DNA of 64,000 nt, taken from the NCBI GenBank assembly GCA_035063585.1, contig JAPSGB010000003.1, positions 160,001 through 224,000 of the forward strand. The letters are read 5' to 3'. How positions within the stretch are numbered: the stretch's first letter is position 1; every line of letters starts with the position of its first letter. This stretch comes from Polyangiaceae bacterium (GTDB taxonomy: Bacteria > Myxococcota_A > Polyangia > Polyangiales > Polyangiaceae). Below are positions 38,901-47,701 of this stretch, in pieces. Below the pieces are notes generated by a model. That model saw only the letters and a list, made by a program, of their open reading frames with translations, did no database searches and was not told the origin of the DNA. The position numbers and the translations under genes are program-made.

Positions 38901-39035
38901 GCCGCCGGTCGCGGCGCTCCCGCCGTCATCTCCGCAGTCGCGGAAGCAGAAGCTCTCGGTGGTGCACCCGGAGAGGAGCGCGAGCGTGCCGCTGAGGGAG
39001 GCCGCGACGAGCGCGGTCTTGAGCCGCGAGCTCAT
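35952..39035 (-). CDS. Giant Cys-rich lipoprotein: E-x-C-D-G-x-D-N-D-C repeats (MopE-related type) plus C-terminal FGE-sulfatase/C-type-lectin-fold domain
   Basis: ATG39035 MSSRLKTALVAASLSGTLALLSGC lipobox; Gly/Thr linker; about 7 canonical Cys/Asp repeats; YEAS...PWFNVT...RLC...W..AC...YDIEGNLRE...GGAF...GFRCC. Confidence 0.88.
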   Translation of the reverse strand: MSSRLKTALVAASLSGTLALLSGCTTESFCFRDCGDDGGSAATGGAGGGTGATGGTGGGIDVDGGGSGGGINLDGGGGAETCAATNGGVEICDGIDNDCNGKADDGIDFTGVHACGTCANDCTQLPWTGVDLTTVSCTPPSVTDGTVAGTCKFSKCSPDYYDVDGAGDNGCEYYCQWNPSGTNTTDPGGADGCGKDDDCDGVIDEDVDVCADVTNCGKCGKSCTAPNGTPKCVSTATGSACDATNTKCVIDTCNAGYYDIDGSASNGCEYQCTPTGPELCDGLDNDCDGKIDNTDSSLETDDPNVGQACFGGLNGACADPSHQGVSKCIGGLITCCDVDSNTMSSSNPNLPVTGVRNGLCDAPTGPQVLKPGDQLETCNGTDDDCDGTPDNNPTDAGGTCGSSVGNCVAGTKACQSGSLTCINDVGPGTESCNGQDDDCDGVIDGKLATPVKACTTDTDCASGQLCMVRGGPADRVCATPPGDSVGTCDVPVSPPSGATSPCRAGTLACVGGAKKCVGSVTRPPATPDQCKVDANCDGVLTGQPDFQNDVRNCGSCGNDCTAGGGHITWTCSAGKCVNAGCAANYLNCNNASPDCETYCKKTSNTEQCNGVDDDCNCVIDDVLPANEPTAVQVCGVAAAATDAGCTTGVGIACTAGAWKCTFPAGYCDNAAAPNYCAGVADVCDGLDNNCNGSADETYRYPARVSGYLDQPCASDDGKPPPGDGQCRSTGKFVCGSNKTSTLCNATTDLSKASQETCDGVDNDCDSLIDEPKSAPGPSPSYVKPAVTNLGGNKFMFSYEASRPSATASDSGSGNGYQTSAPAGTTIDKTVACSAPSVVPWFNVTPVEAAQTCTARGGRLCQLTDWQTACHATQACTRGYDRSGGVAHCQTNGTYAGGTPARICNIGLFDFDPVAPGIQDGLLPTRSSALSKCFATWTTGGNTSAYDIEGNLREITWDKAGSGAGCNITDLNGNDNNANTTCLFPLMGGAFNTQSEAGASCDFTFYKIKRSLQLYDTGFRCCFDSDPT

Positions 39036-42000
39036 GAGCGGCCTCCGCCGACGCGAGCCCCGCGGAGCGACACTTGCTTTCGCCGCCTCCGCTCGATGAG
39101 GCCGAGCGTGAGCCCGAGGCCGACGAGCACCGCGCCGGGGCCAGGGAGCCGATGCCCGGCGCCCGCCGCGCGGCACGCGCAGCCGCCACCACCGGTCGCG
39201 AGGCCCCAGGCGCCCTGCGCGCTCGCGCCCCCGTTCGAGGTGCCGCCGGCCGCGCCGCCGAGTCCGCTGTCGGGTCGGGTCCCGCCGGAGCCTCCGGAGG
39301 AGCCTCCGTCCGTAGCGCCCGCGCCGCCCGTTCCGCCGGTGGCGCCGGCTCCGCCCGCGCCGCCCGTTCCGCCCTCGGGTGCCCAGACGCACTGCCCGTT
39401 CTCGCACACCTGCGCCGCCGGACAGGTCACGCCGGCGCAGGGCGGGTTGCCGCAGCTTCCCGTCTTCGGATCGCAGGCGTACCCGTCCGTGCAGCTCGCG
39501 CCGCCGTCAGCGTCACACTTGCTCGGCTGACAGGCGAACCCGCCGCTGCCGTCGTCGAGGCAGTACTCGCCGTCCGGGCACCCCTGAGCGCAGCCGGTCG
39601 CGCGGCAGGTCCCCTCGACGCACTCCTCGCCGGTCGAGCAGGTCACGCTCGCGCAGCTTCCCACGCAGCGCGCCGTGGAGAAATCGCTGCTCGGCTTGCA
39701 GACCTCGTCGGGCTGGCAGGGGCTCGGGTCGCAGGGGTCGTCGATGCAGGTCTTGGCGTTGCAGACCTCGCCGGTCGAGCACGGGAAGAAGAAGCAGTTC
39801 GTGTCCGAGTGGCAGGTGCCTGCCGAAGGCCCGGCCATCACGCAATCTTGCCCGGGCGAGCAGGTGATCTCGGCGCACGGATGGTCGCAGCCGCTCGGGG
39901 TGCACACGCACTCGGGGAGCGCGCTCCCATCTTCGGCGAGGGTGCCTGCCGGGCCACACACCACCGTGCCTTTCGAGTCCTTGTGGGTCTTCTGCTGGCA
40001 GTTTCCGCAAGGATCATTGACGCAGAACTTCCCGGCTGACTCGTCGGTGCCGCTTCGGTCGACGGTCTGGCAGGTGGTACCGCTCTGCGGGCAGGGGAAC
40101 TCGGCGGTTTGGCACGGAGAGGCGCACTGGCAGAGCCCGTCGTGGACCTCTACGCAGGTCTTGCCGCCGCCGCAGACCGGAGCGCCCTCGCCCGGCGCGG
40201 CGTCCTCGTCGACCCGCCCGTCGCAGTCGTTGTCGCGGCAGTCGCAGGTCTCCGGCCGCGGCCCGACGCTGCCCGAGCAAATGACCTGTCCGTTGGTGCA
40301 GGCCAACTTACCTGCCTTGCACTCGCCGACGCTCACGCCGCAGTCGTCGCCGATGTGCTGGGTCGGGTCGCTCGGGTTCTCCGAGCCGGAGATGCCGTCC
40401 GGGGCGGGGCCGGGTTCGTCGACGAGCCCGTCGCAGTCGTTGTCGAGCCCGTCGCAGAGCTCCGGCTGAGGGCCGACGCCGCCGTTGCAGATCGTGTTTC
40501 CGGTGCCGTTCGGATCGCACGCCAGCGCGCCCGGCTTGCACTGCCCCTGAGAGCGATCGCCGGGATAGCTCGCGGTGTCATAGCTCGCGGTGCAGGCGCC
40601 GCCGAGGCCGACTCCGTTGTCGACCTGCCCGTCGCAGTCGTCGTCCTTACCGTTGCAGACCTCGGCGGTCGGGCCTTGCCCGCCCTGGCAGACGATGACG
40701 CCCCCGTCGCACGCGTTCGTGCCCTTCTTGCACTCGCCAATGTCGGCGCCGCAGGCGTCGCCCACCGGGGAGCCGAGGCTCTCGTCGACCGGACCGTTGC
40801 AGTTGTTGTCCACCCCGTCGCAGACCTCGCCGGTCGGGCCCTTCGGGTTCGAGCAGGTCCAGCCGCCCACGCCGTTACACATCAGGTTTCCGGTGGCGCA
40901 CGGCGTGGTCAGGCTCCCGAGGCCGCTGCAGGTCGCTCCGGTGGGCGGGCACCACGCATAGCCCTGGTGGGCGCAGCAGTTGCCCGGCTCCTTCCAGCAG
41001 CCTCCGCTGCCCGCCGCCGGCGCGTCGGCCAGGTTGTCGTCGGTGACGCCGTTGCAGTCGTCGTCGTTGCCGTTACAGGTCTCCGGCTGCGGCGGGTTTC
41101 CGCCCTGACAGACGATTTGGCCGAGCGCGCTGTCGCACGCCGTCTGCCCCTTGGTGCAGGTGCCGGTGTCCGAGCCGCAGGGGAGCCCGAGCCCGGGGAT
41201 GTTCTCGTCCACGGACCCGTCGCAGTCGTTGTCGATGCCGTCGCAGATTTCCGCGCTCGGCCCGACCCAGCCGGCGCACGCGCCGAACGTGCCGCTCACG
41301 CACTGCTCCACGCCGCGCTGGCACTGGCTCTTCCCACCGTACTGGTAAGGTCCCGGGAAACCGCCGGTGCCGCTCGGGACGTCGCACGCTCGGTCCGGCA
41401 CGCCGTCATCGACGATGCCGTCACAGTCGTCGTCGACGCCGTCGCAGTCCTCGGGGGAGGTGGTCTGGCCGGCGCACGCGCCCCAGGTGCCTCCACCGGC
41501 AACGCATAGGTGTCCGCTCCCGTCGACGTAGGTGCCTCCCGAGGGGTTCTTCACGGCGCAGGTCTGCGTGCCCGCGCAGCTCGCCGGCGGACTGAACCCG
41601 CACGCGATGGGGGCGATGCCGTTGTCGATGACGCCATCGCAATCATTGTCGCAGCCGTCGCAGATCTCGGCGGTGGGCTGGCAATTGTTCGGGCACGCGC
41701 TGTAGGGGATGGCGCTCCCCGCGCTGTTGTCGATGATGAGGTCGCAGTCCTGGTCGGCGCCGTCGCAGGTCTCCGCTTGCGGGCAGTGGAGCGGGCTCCC
41801 GCACTTGTTGAAGCCCTCATCGGCCGTGTTGGTGCCGAGCGCGCTCGGATCGATGGTCTTGTCGCAGTTGTTGTCCTGGTCGTCGCAGACCTCGCCTGGG
41901 TTCGCGCACAGCCACTTCTGCTCCGGGTTCGTGTCCGCCGCGGTGGGCGTCCAGCACGGCAGCCACCAGCGGTTTCCCTGGGGGTTGGCCGGCGTGATGC

Positions 42001-43258
42001 TGCTCTTGAAGTTGGTGAGGCAGGTGGCGCGGGCCGCCGAGCAGCACTGCCCGAGCTGCGTCGGGTTCGCCGACGGCGCGCGGTTCTCGTTACAGTAGTG
42101 CTTGTAGCCCTCGTCCGTGCAGCCGTTGCAGTTGTTGTCGGCGTTGTCGCAGGTCTCGGGCTGGATGGCGCCGCCGATGATGGCCGCGAGCGCCGAGGCG
42201 AGCTGGCCCTCGTTCGCCGTGCTGTAGCTCGAGCCGGAGCCGCCGCAGGTGGCGATGTGGTCCATCGCGGTCTGGCTGGCGCCGGCAAAACCGATGACGT
42301 GGGTCTTCACCTTGAAATTCATGCCGTTCACGGTGACGCCCTGCGTCCACAGCTTGTCGGCCTCATAGCTGGCGAGGCGCTCGCCGGCGTTGTTCAGGTA
42401 GCTCCCGTTGCCGCTCCGGCACCCGCCGGCGATCGGCGACGGAGATACGCTCTCGTCGCAGTTCACCTCATTTCCGTCGGTGATGAGGATGACGTTGAGC
42501 GCGCGGCAGAGGCGCTCGACCCCGTTGGTGCGAATGGGCGAGGCGAGCGTGTCCCCCGTGAACGGATCGACGTAGGTGCCGCTATAGTACTGGTTCATGT
42601 TGTAGAGCGACCCGCCGAGCGGCGTGTTGCTCGCCTTGCCGAGCTCCTTGCTCCCCGTGCAGTTGTTGTCGACCCAGCTCAAGATCTCGGGCACGTTCGA
42701 CGCTGCGGGCGGCTGGCTCCAGTAATGATCCTGGAGCAGGGGGACGTTGATGTAGGCGCCGAAATGGATGTTGTTGCCCGACCCTCCGACGCCGGGATCG
42801 CGCCCGAGCGGGCCGCAGAAACCATTGTCACTAGCTGTATATTCGGCGCCGCACCCGCGTCCCGTTCGGCTTCCCGAGCCGGGGCAGCGCCCGAGGCCGT
42901 CGTTGCAACCCGTGTACCGCCACGCGTACGACGCCAGCCCGAAGTTGGCCTGCCCCGCGAACGCCTGGACGGTGTTGGTCACCGCGCACCGCGCGTGCGC
43001 GTTGCGATCGGTGCCGTAGCCGCAGCTGTCGGTCGTTCCCACCCCGGAGTCCATCGAACCCGACGTATCGACGATGATCATGAAGTAGGGCTTCGACGGC
43101 GCGGGCCAGTCCGCCGGGTTCGTCGACGAACACACCGCAGGCTCCGCCGCCCGCGTCGCGCTCGGCGTGAGGAGCGCCGCTCCGATGGTCAAGGTCGTGG
43201 CCGTGCTGAGCCAGAGTCCGCGTGCTCGACGCGTCTGCGAGGCGGTGAAACTCGACAT
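39032..43258 (-). CDS. Giant surface protein: vWA domain plus 11 Cys/Asp repeats plus MYXO-CTERM-like sorting signal
   Basis: Signal peptide; MIDAS DTSGS, TPL, VILITDG; repeats ExCDGxDNDCDGxxD; tail GGGGCAC...AVLVGLGLTLGLIERRRRK; GAGG RBS. Confidence 0.9.
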   Translation of the reverse strand: MSSFTASQTRRARGLWLSTATTLTIGAALLTPSATRAAEPAVCSSTNPADWPAPSKPYFMIIVDTSGSMDSGVGTTDSCGYGTDRNAHARCAVTNTVQAFAGQANFGLASYAWRYTGCNDGLGRCPGSGSRTGRGCGAEYTASDNGFCGPLGRDPGVGGSGNNIHFGAYINVPLLQDHYWSQPPAASNVPEILSWVDNNCTGSKELGKASNTPLGGSLYNMNQYYSGTYVDPFTGDTLASPIRTNGVERLCRALNVILITDGNEVNCDESVSPSPIAGGCRSGNGSYLNNAGERLASYEADKLWTQGVTVNGMNFKVKTHVIGFAGASQTAMDHIATCGGSGSSYSTANEGQLASALAAIIGGAIQPETCDNADNNCNGCTDEGYKHYCNENRAPSANPTQLGQCCSAARATCLTNFKSSITPANPQGNRWWLPCWTPTAADTNPEQKWLCANPGEVCDDQDNNCDKTIDPSALGTNTADEGFNKCGSPLHCPQAETCDGADQDCDLIIDNSAGSAIPYSACPNNCQPTAEICDGCDNDCDGVIDNGIAPIACGFSPPASCAGTQTCAVKNPSGGTYVDGSGHLCVAGGGTWGACAGQTTSPEDCDGVDDDCDGIVDDGVPDRACDVPSGTGGFPGPYQYGGKSQCQRGVEQCVSGTFGACAGWVGPSAEICDGIDNDCDGSVDENIPGLGLPCGSDTGTCTKGQTACDSALGQIVCQGGNPPQPETCNGNDDDCNGVTDDNLADAPAAGSGGCWKEPGNCCAHQGYAWCPPTGATCSGLGSLTTPCATGNLMCNGVGGWTCSNPKGPTGEVCDGVDNNCNGPVDESLGSPVGDACGADIGECKKGTNACDGGVIVCQGGQGPTAEVCNGKDDDCDGQVDNGVGLGGACTASYDTASYPGDRSQGQCKPGALACDPNGTGNTICNGGVGPQPELCDGLDNDCDGLVDEPGPAPDGISGSENPSDPTQHIGDDCGVSVGECKAGKLACTNGQVICSGSVGPRPETCDCRDNDCDGRVDEDAAPGEGAPVCGGGKTCVEVHDGLCQCASPCQTAEFPCPQSGTTCQTVDRSGTDESAGKFCVNDPCGNCQQKTHKDSKGTVVCGPAGTLAEDGSALPECVCTPSGCDHPCAEITCSPGQDCVMAGPSAGTCHSDTNCFFFPCSTGEVCNAKTCIDDPCDPSPCQPDEVCKPSSDFSTARCVGSCASVTCSTGEECVEGTCRATGCAQGCPDGEYCLDDGSGGFACQPSKCDADGGASCTDGYACDPKTGSCGNPPCAGVTCPAAQVCENGQCVWAPEGGTGGAGGAGATGGTGGAGATDGGSSGGSGGTRPDSGLGGAAGGTSNGGASAQGAWGLATGGGGCACRAAGAGHRLPGPGAVLVGLGLTLGLIERRRRKQVSLRGARVGGGRS

Positions 43259-43565
43259 GGCAGTTCCTCTGGAAGTTCGCGTCCACCCAGGCGGGCGCGC
43301 TCGGAAGGATCACCCGCCGTGCGCCGAATCACTTCAGCGGGGCGAGCAGGTGCGGGAGAGGAAATCCTCCACCGATCCAACCCCGGACGCTACCACGGCC
43401 GCCACCCCTTCCGGGAGCCCCAAAACGCGGCCGCACGCGAAATCGCCTCCGCCCAGGTTCCGTGTTCGCCGAGACCATACCCGTGAGAAGGAAGCAGGAG
43501 CCACCGAGTTTTGACGCGGGGTCACCGCGCGAGTAGCGAGGGCTCCCACGAGGGAGCTTGATGTC

Positions 43566-44684
43566 GTGAAACGGGCGCTAGGCAGACCGACGGGCCGCTT
43601 CACCCAGCACCGGCGCATCGACCGGCTGCGGGACATCCTCGAGAAGCACCCGCGTGGGCTCTCCATCTACGAGCTCGCGGACGCGCTCGAGGTGACGCCG
43701 CGGACCATGCGTCGCTACCTGAAGGAGGTCGAGCGTGACTACAATCTCGAGCCGACCGAGACGCGCGGCGGCGGGCCGCTCCTCTGGCGGATCCGCGCGG
43801 GGGAGCTACCCCGCAAGATCGATCTTCGCCGCACCCAGGCCTACGCGCTCCTCGCCGCGCGGCGGATCTTCGAGCCGATGCGCGGCTCGACGCTCTTCGA
43901 GGAGATCGACCTGGCGATCGGCAAGCTCATGGCGCTCGCGCATCGGCCCGGCCGCGGTCCGAACGCCGGCCTCGCCGACGCGCGCATCGAGGAGCGCTTC
44001 CTCTACCTCCCGTTCGCCCCGAAGAACTACGCCGAGAAGACCAACGAGCTCGACGATCTCTTCCAGGCCGTCACCGATCTCCGTCCGCTCACCCTGCGCT
44101 ACCGGAGCGCCGCGCGCGCGGAGGAGGAGCTCATCACGATTCACCCGTACGCGATGGTCCTCCACCGGGACTCGATCTACTGCGTGGGGTTTCATGTGGG
44201 CCGAGGTGAGATACGAACCTTCGTGCTCGACCGCATGCGCGACACCCAGCACTCAGCGACCGAGCGCTTCCAGTTGCCGAAGGATTTCTCGGTCGCGGAC
44301 TACTTCCAGGGCGAGCTCGGCGTGTGGCGCTCGCGCGAGCGCCATCGGGTGGTCGTGGAATTCGACGAGCACGCCGCGGAGTACGTCCGCATGAGGAGAG
44401 TCCACGCGACGCAGAAGCTGGCCAGTATCGCCGGCGGAGGCGTCCGGCTCACCATGACGGTCGGTGACTTGAACCAGGTGGCGAGCTGGGTGCTCGAGTG
44501 GGGCAAACGGGCGCGCGTGGTCGAGCCGCCCGAGCTCGTGGAACGGGTGCGCTCCGAGCTCGCGGACGCGCTCGCGCTCTACCGCGGCGCGCCGCCCGCG
44601 CGCCGCGCGCCCGAGCGCACCCGCGCCGGCGTCAGCGCGTCGCCGCCTGCTGGCTCACGGCGCGGTAGAACCGATACCAAGTGA
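43566..44684 (+). CDS. HTH-WYL-WCX transcriptional regulator (YafY/PafB/PafC-like)
   Basis: N-terminal wHTH (ELADALEVTPRTMRRYL), WYL region IHPYAMV...IYCVG...IRTFVLDRM, WCX WVLEWG...VVEPPEL. Confidence 0.92.
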   Translation: MKRALGRPTGRFTQHRRIDRLRDILEKHPRGLSIYELADALEVTPRTMRRYLKEVERDYNLEPTETRGGGPLLWRIRAGELPRKIDLRRTQAYALLAARRIFEPMRGSTLFEEIDLAIGKLMALAHRPGRGPNAGLADARIEERFLYLPFAPKNYAEKTNELDDLFQAVTDLRPLTLRYRSAARAEEELITIHPYAMVLHRDSIYCVGFHVGRGEIRTFVLDRMRDTQHSATERFQLPKDFSVADYFQGELGVWRSRERHRVVVEFDEHAAEYVRMRRVHATQKLASIAGGGVRLTMTVGDLNQVASWVLEWGKRARVVEPPELVERVRSELADALALYRGAPPARRAPERTRAGVSASPPAGSRRGRTDTK

Positions 44685-45303
44685 CGACCCGCATCACGTA
44701 GTTGACCGTCTCGGGATAAGGCGGGATGCCGCCGTTTCGCATCACCGCGCCCTCGCCGGCGTTGTAGGCCGCCACGGTGAGCTCGAGGTCGCCGTTGAAG
44801 AGGTTGGCGAGCACGCGAAGATAGCGCACGCCGCCGAAGATATTTTGCCGCGGATCGAACACGTCGGTCACCATCATCCGCGCGGCCGTCTCTGGGATGA
44901 GCTGCATGAGCCCGCGTGCGTTGGCGGTCGAGACCGCCCGCGGGTCGTAGTCGCTCTCCACCTTGATGACCGCCCGCACCAGCTCCTCCGGGATCTGGTA
45001 GAGGGTCGCCGCCTGGCGGATCCAGGCGTCGTAGCGGGTGAAGCGCTCCGGCGAAGCGTCGCTCGGCATCACCGCCGGCAGCTTCGGCCGCTCGCGCACC
45101 ACGCGGCTCGACCCACCGCCCGGTGACGGCGTGTTCGAGAAGCTGACCACGCCGTCCTTTCCCACCGTCTTATAGATGTCCGCCCAGCCGTCCCCGCCGT
45201 GGGAGAGGCAGGCGAGCGCCGCGAGCCCGCCGAGCGCACGGCGGACGCGGCGCGGCGAGCCGGGCCGGCGCCGGGGCGAGGGTCGGGGAGGGGCGAGCGT
45301 CAC
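44632..45303 (-). CDS. Lytic transglycosylase (SLT domain) with N-terminal DUF4124-like segment
   Basis: ADIYKTVGKDGVVSFSNTP; AVIKVESDY, ARGLMQL, AAYNAG, ETVNYV. Confidence 0.93.
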   Translation of the reverse strand: MTLAPPRPSPRRRPGSPRRVRRALGGLAALACLSHGGDGWADIYKTVGKDGVVSFSNTPSPGGGSSRVVRERPKLPAVMPSDASPERFTRYDAWIRQAATLYQIPEELVRAVIKVESDYDPRAVSTANARGLMQLIPETAARMMVTDVFDPRQNIFGGVRYLRVLANLFNGDLELTVAAYNAGEGAVMRNGGIPPYPETVNYVMRVVTWYRFYRAVSQQAATR

Positions 45304-45392
45304 GAGCCGAGCGAAATCCTAGCGGGCGCGGGCGCCCGGCGTCCAGGAAGTGGGAACGCCGACCCCCATCGGGCGTATTCCCGGGGGGCTCT

Positions 45393-45451
45393 TGCCGGTC
45401 CGGCGCGGGCTCGCCCCGGTTCGGGCCGCGCGGTACCGCGCCGCATCGACA
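45393..45451. repeat. Inverted pair of intergenic motif copies
   Basis: TGCCGGTCCGGCGCGG (+, 45393-45408) and TGTCGATGCGGCGCGGTACC (-, 45432-45451). Confidence 0.5.
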
Positions 45452-45486
45452 TGAACCCAATGAGGCCCTCGACCGTCTCGGCGAAT

Positions 45487-45516
45487 GAAATAGTATAGCA
45501 AAAGATTTACTATTTC
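45487..45516. promoter_or_regulatory. AT-rich inverted repeat, candidate operator overlapping an extended -10
   Basis: GAAATAGTA-N12-TACTATTTC; minus strand contains TGcTATACT (45500-45492) pointing to the SLT gene. Confidence 0.5.
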
Positions 45517-45579
45517 GATGAAATGACAAATCTCACGCTTGACTGACGAGCACGCCCCCGCGCGTGGCCTCGGGGCGGC

Positions 45580-47565
45580 TCAGTCGTCTTCGGTGAGGTA
45601 GGTGTAGGAGCGGAGCGCCTGCTCGTAGTGCTGCATCATGGTGCGCATCTGCTCGTTGGTGAGGCGCCCCGCGCTCACCGCGCGCTCTGCCTGGTGCCGC
45701 ACCGCCTCGATCATGTTCTCGGGCACGTACTCGACGTAGCGGAGGACGTCCGAGATGCTGTCACCCTTTACCACGTGGCGCACCGTGTAGCTCGAGCCCT
45801 CGCCGGCGCGAACGTGGACCGCGTTGGTGTCGCCGAACAGGTTGTGGAGATCTCCCAGGATCTCCTGGTAGGCGCCGTTCAGGAAGATGCCCATCGTGTA
45901 GGGCTCGCCCGGGCGGAGCGGATGCACGTCGAGGGTGCGGCGCACATCCTCCACGTCAATGAAATGATCGATGGTGCCGTCACTGTCGCAGGTGAGATCC
46001 GCGAGGGTGGAGTTCACCGTCGGCTCCTCGTCGAGGCGGTGGATGGGCATGATGGGGAAGAGCTGATCGATGGCCCACACGTCCGGCACCGACTGAAAGA
46101 CGCTGAAGTTTCCGTAGTAGATGGCGCTCATGGTCCGCTCGAGGCCATAGAGCTCTTCGGGCACGAATTTCAGGCGGCGGAGCGTATCCTGGATCTTCTC
46201 GCAGACGTGCCAGTAGAGCCGCTCGGCCTGGGCGCGCTCACGGAGCGTGAGGTATCCGTAGCGGAAGAGGCTCTGCGCCTCTTCCTTGGCCTGGCTCGCG
46301 TCGTGGAAGGACTCCTGCACGTTCTTCGGCGCGACGCCCTTGTACGTCTCGTAGAGTTCGCGGAGCAGGCGGTGCGCGTCGGCGCGCGGCTCGATGGGCG
46401 CGCCGAAGCGCACCTCGTTCTTGCCCACCACCTCGAACACGAGCACCGAGTGATGCGCGGCGATGGCGCGCCCGCTCTCGCTCACGATGGTGGGCACGGG
46501 CACCTCTGCCTTCGAGCAGGCGCCCTGGATGTGCCCGACGATGTCGGCGGCGTATTCGGCGAGCGTGTAGTTCTTGCTCGCGTGAAAATCCGTCTTCGAG
46601 CCGTCGTAGTCGATGGCGAGCCCGCCGCCGACGTCGATGTACCCCATCTGGCAGCCCATCTTGGCGAGCTCGACGTAGATGTTGCTCGCCTCCTGGATCG
46701 CGTTCTTGATGGGGATGATGCTCGAGATCTGGCTCCCGATGTGAAAGTGAAGGAGCTTCAGGCAATCTAACATGCCGCGCTCGGCGAGGCGGTCCACCAC
46801 CTCGATGATCTCGGCGGTGGTGAGGCCGAACTTCGCGCGATCGCCGGCGGAGTCCGCCCAGCGCCCCACGCCCTTGGCGGTGAGCTTGGCGCGGACCCCG
46901 AGGATCGGCTTGATGCCGAGCTTCTCGGCGGCGAAAAACACGTGCCCGAGCTCCTCGATGCGCTCGAGGACGATGATCACGGTCTTGTCGAACTTCTGCG
47001 CGACCAGCGCGGTCTCGATGTACTTGAGGTCCTTGTACCCGTTACAGATGATGAGCCCGCCGGCGTCCTGCATGGCCGCGAGCGCGATGAGGAGCTCGGG
47101 CTTCGAGCCCGCCTCGAGCCCGAACTGCCACGCGCGGCCGTACTCGACGACCTCTTCCACGAGGTGACGCTGCTGGTTCACCTTGACCGGGTAGACGCCG
47201 CGGTAGGTGCCTCCGTACTCGTACTCGGCGATGGCCTTCTGGAAGCACTCGTTGATGCGCCGGATGCGGTGCGCGATGATGTCCGAGAAGCGAATGAGGA
47301 GCGGCAGCTCGATCCCGCGCGCCTTCAGATCCTGGGTGAGCTCGTAGAGGTTGATGGCGCCGTCGCGCGTCGGGTCGGGGTGCACCTCGACCTGCCCGCG
47401 TTCGTTGACGCAGAAGTACGGCGCGCCCCAGCCGCTCACCTGGTAGTGAACCGCCGCGCGTGCGGTCGTCCATTCCGGGCTCGCGCCGTGGCCGTTCGAG
47501 CGCTCGCTCGCGCTGACGTTGGGTGTCGCCGGGGTCAACGCGGCGTTCGCGGGGTCGTGGTTCAC
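45580..47565 (-). CDS. speA: Biosynthetic arginine decarboxylase
   Basis: GVYPVKVNQ (PLP Lys), GLEAGSKPEL, CNGYKD, HFHIGSQI, DLTCDSDG, GAYQEILGDLHNLFG; start re-picked at GTG47565. Confidence 0.97.
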   Translation of the reverse strand: MNHDPANAALTPATPNVSASERSNGHGASPEWTTARAAVHYQVSGWGAPYFCVNERGQVEVHPDPTRDGAINLYELTQDLKARGIELPLLIRFSDIIAHRIRRINECFQKAIAEYEYGGTYRGVYPVKVNQQRHLVEEVVEYGRAWQFGLEAGSKPELLIALAAMQDAGGLIICNGYKDLKYIETALVAQKFDKTVIIVLERIEELGHVFFAAEKLGIKPILGVRAKLTAKGVGRWADSAGDRAKFGLTTAEIIEVVDRLAERGMLDCLKLLHFHIGSQISSIIPIKNAIQEASNIYVELAKMGCQMGYIDVGGGLAIDYDGSKTDFHASKNYTLAEYAADIVGHIQGACSKAEVPVPTIVSESGRAIAAHHSVLVFEVVGKNEVRFGAPIEPRADAHRLLRELYETYKGVAPKNVQESFHDASQAKEEAQSLFRYGYLTLRERAQAERLYWHVCEKIQDTLRRLKFVPEELYGLERTMSAIYYGNFSVFQSVPDVWAIDQLFPIMPIHRLDEEPTVNSTLADLTCDSDGTIDHFIDVEDVRRTLDVHPLRPGEPYTMGIFLNGAYQEILGDLHNLFGDTNAVHVRAGEGSSYTVRHVVKGDSISDVLRYVEYVPENMIEAVRHQAERAVSAGRLTNEQMRTMMQHYEQALRSYTYLTEDD

Positions 47566-47701
47566 TCGTCGGTCTCTCGGGGTGCCTCGTATCTCAGCCC
47601 GAATCGCCGGGCGGGCGCAAGCGTGATCCAACTCCGCGCTCGCGTCGACCCGCGCGCTCGGGTTTGTCGGCTCGGGCGGCGCATGGTAACCGGGCGGCGG
47701 C

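Noticed and set aside
35952..43258. Calling the adhesin pair traAB or cglD
   Set aside because: No PA14-like head recognised and no OmpA/beta-barrel partner; the vWA protein is C-terminally anchored rather than a lipoprotein
43566..45303. Anti-phage defence island around the WYL gene
   Set aside because: No nuclease, restriction-modification, BREX, CBASS, toxin or mobility genes nearby
45319..45501. 60-aa ORF MLYYFIRR...
   Set aside because: TTG start inside the AT-rich promoter-like island, no RBS, no coding bias
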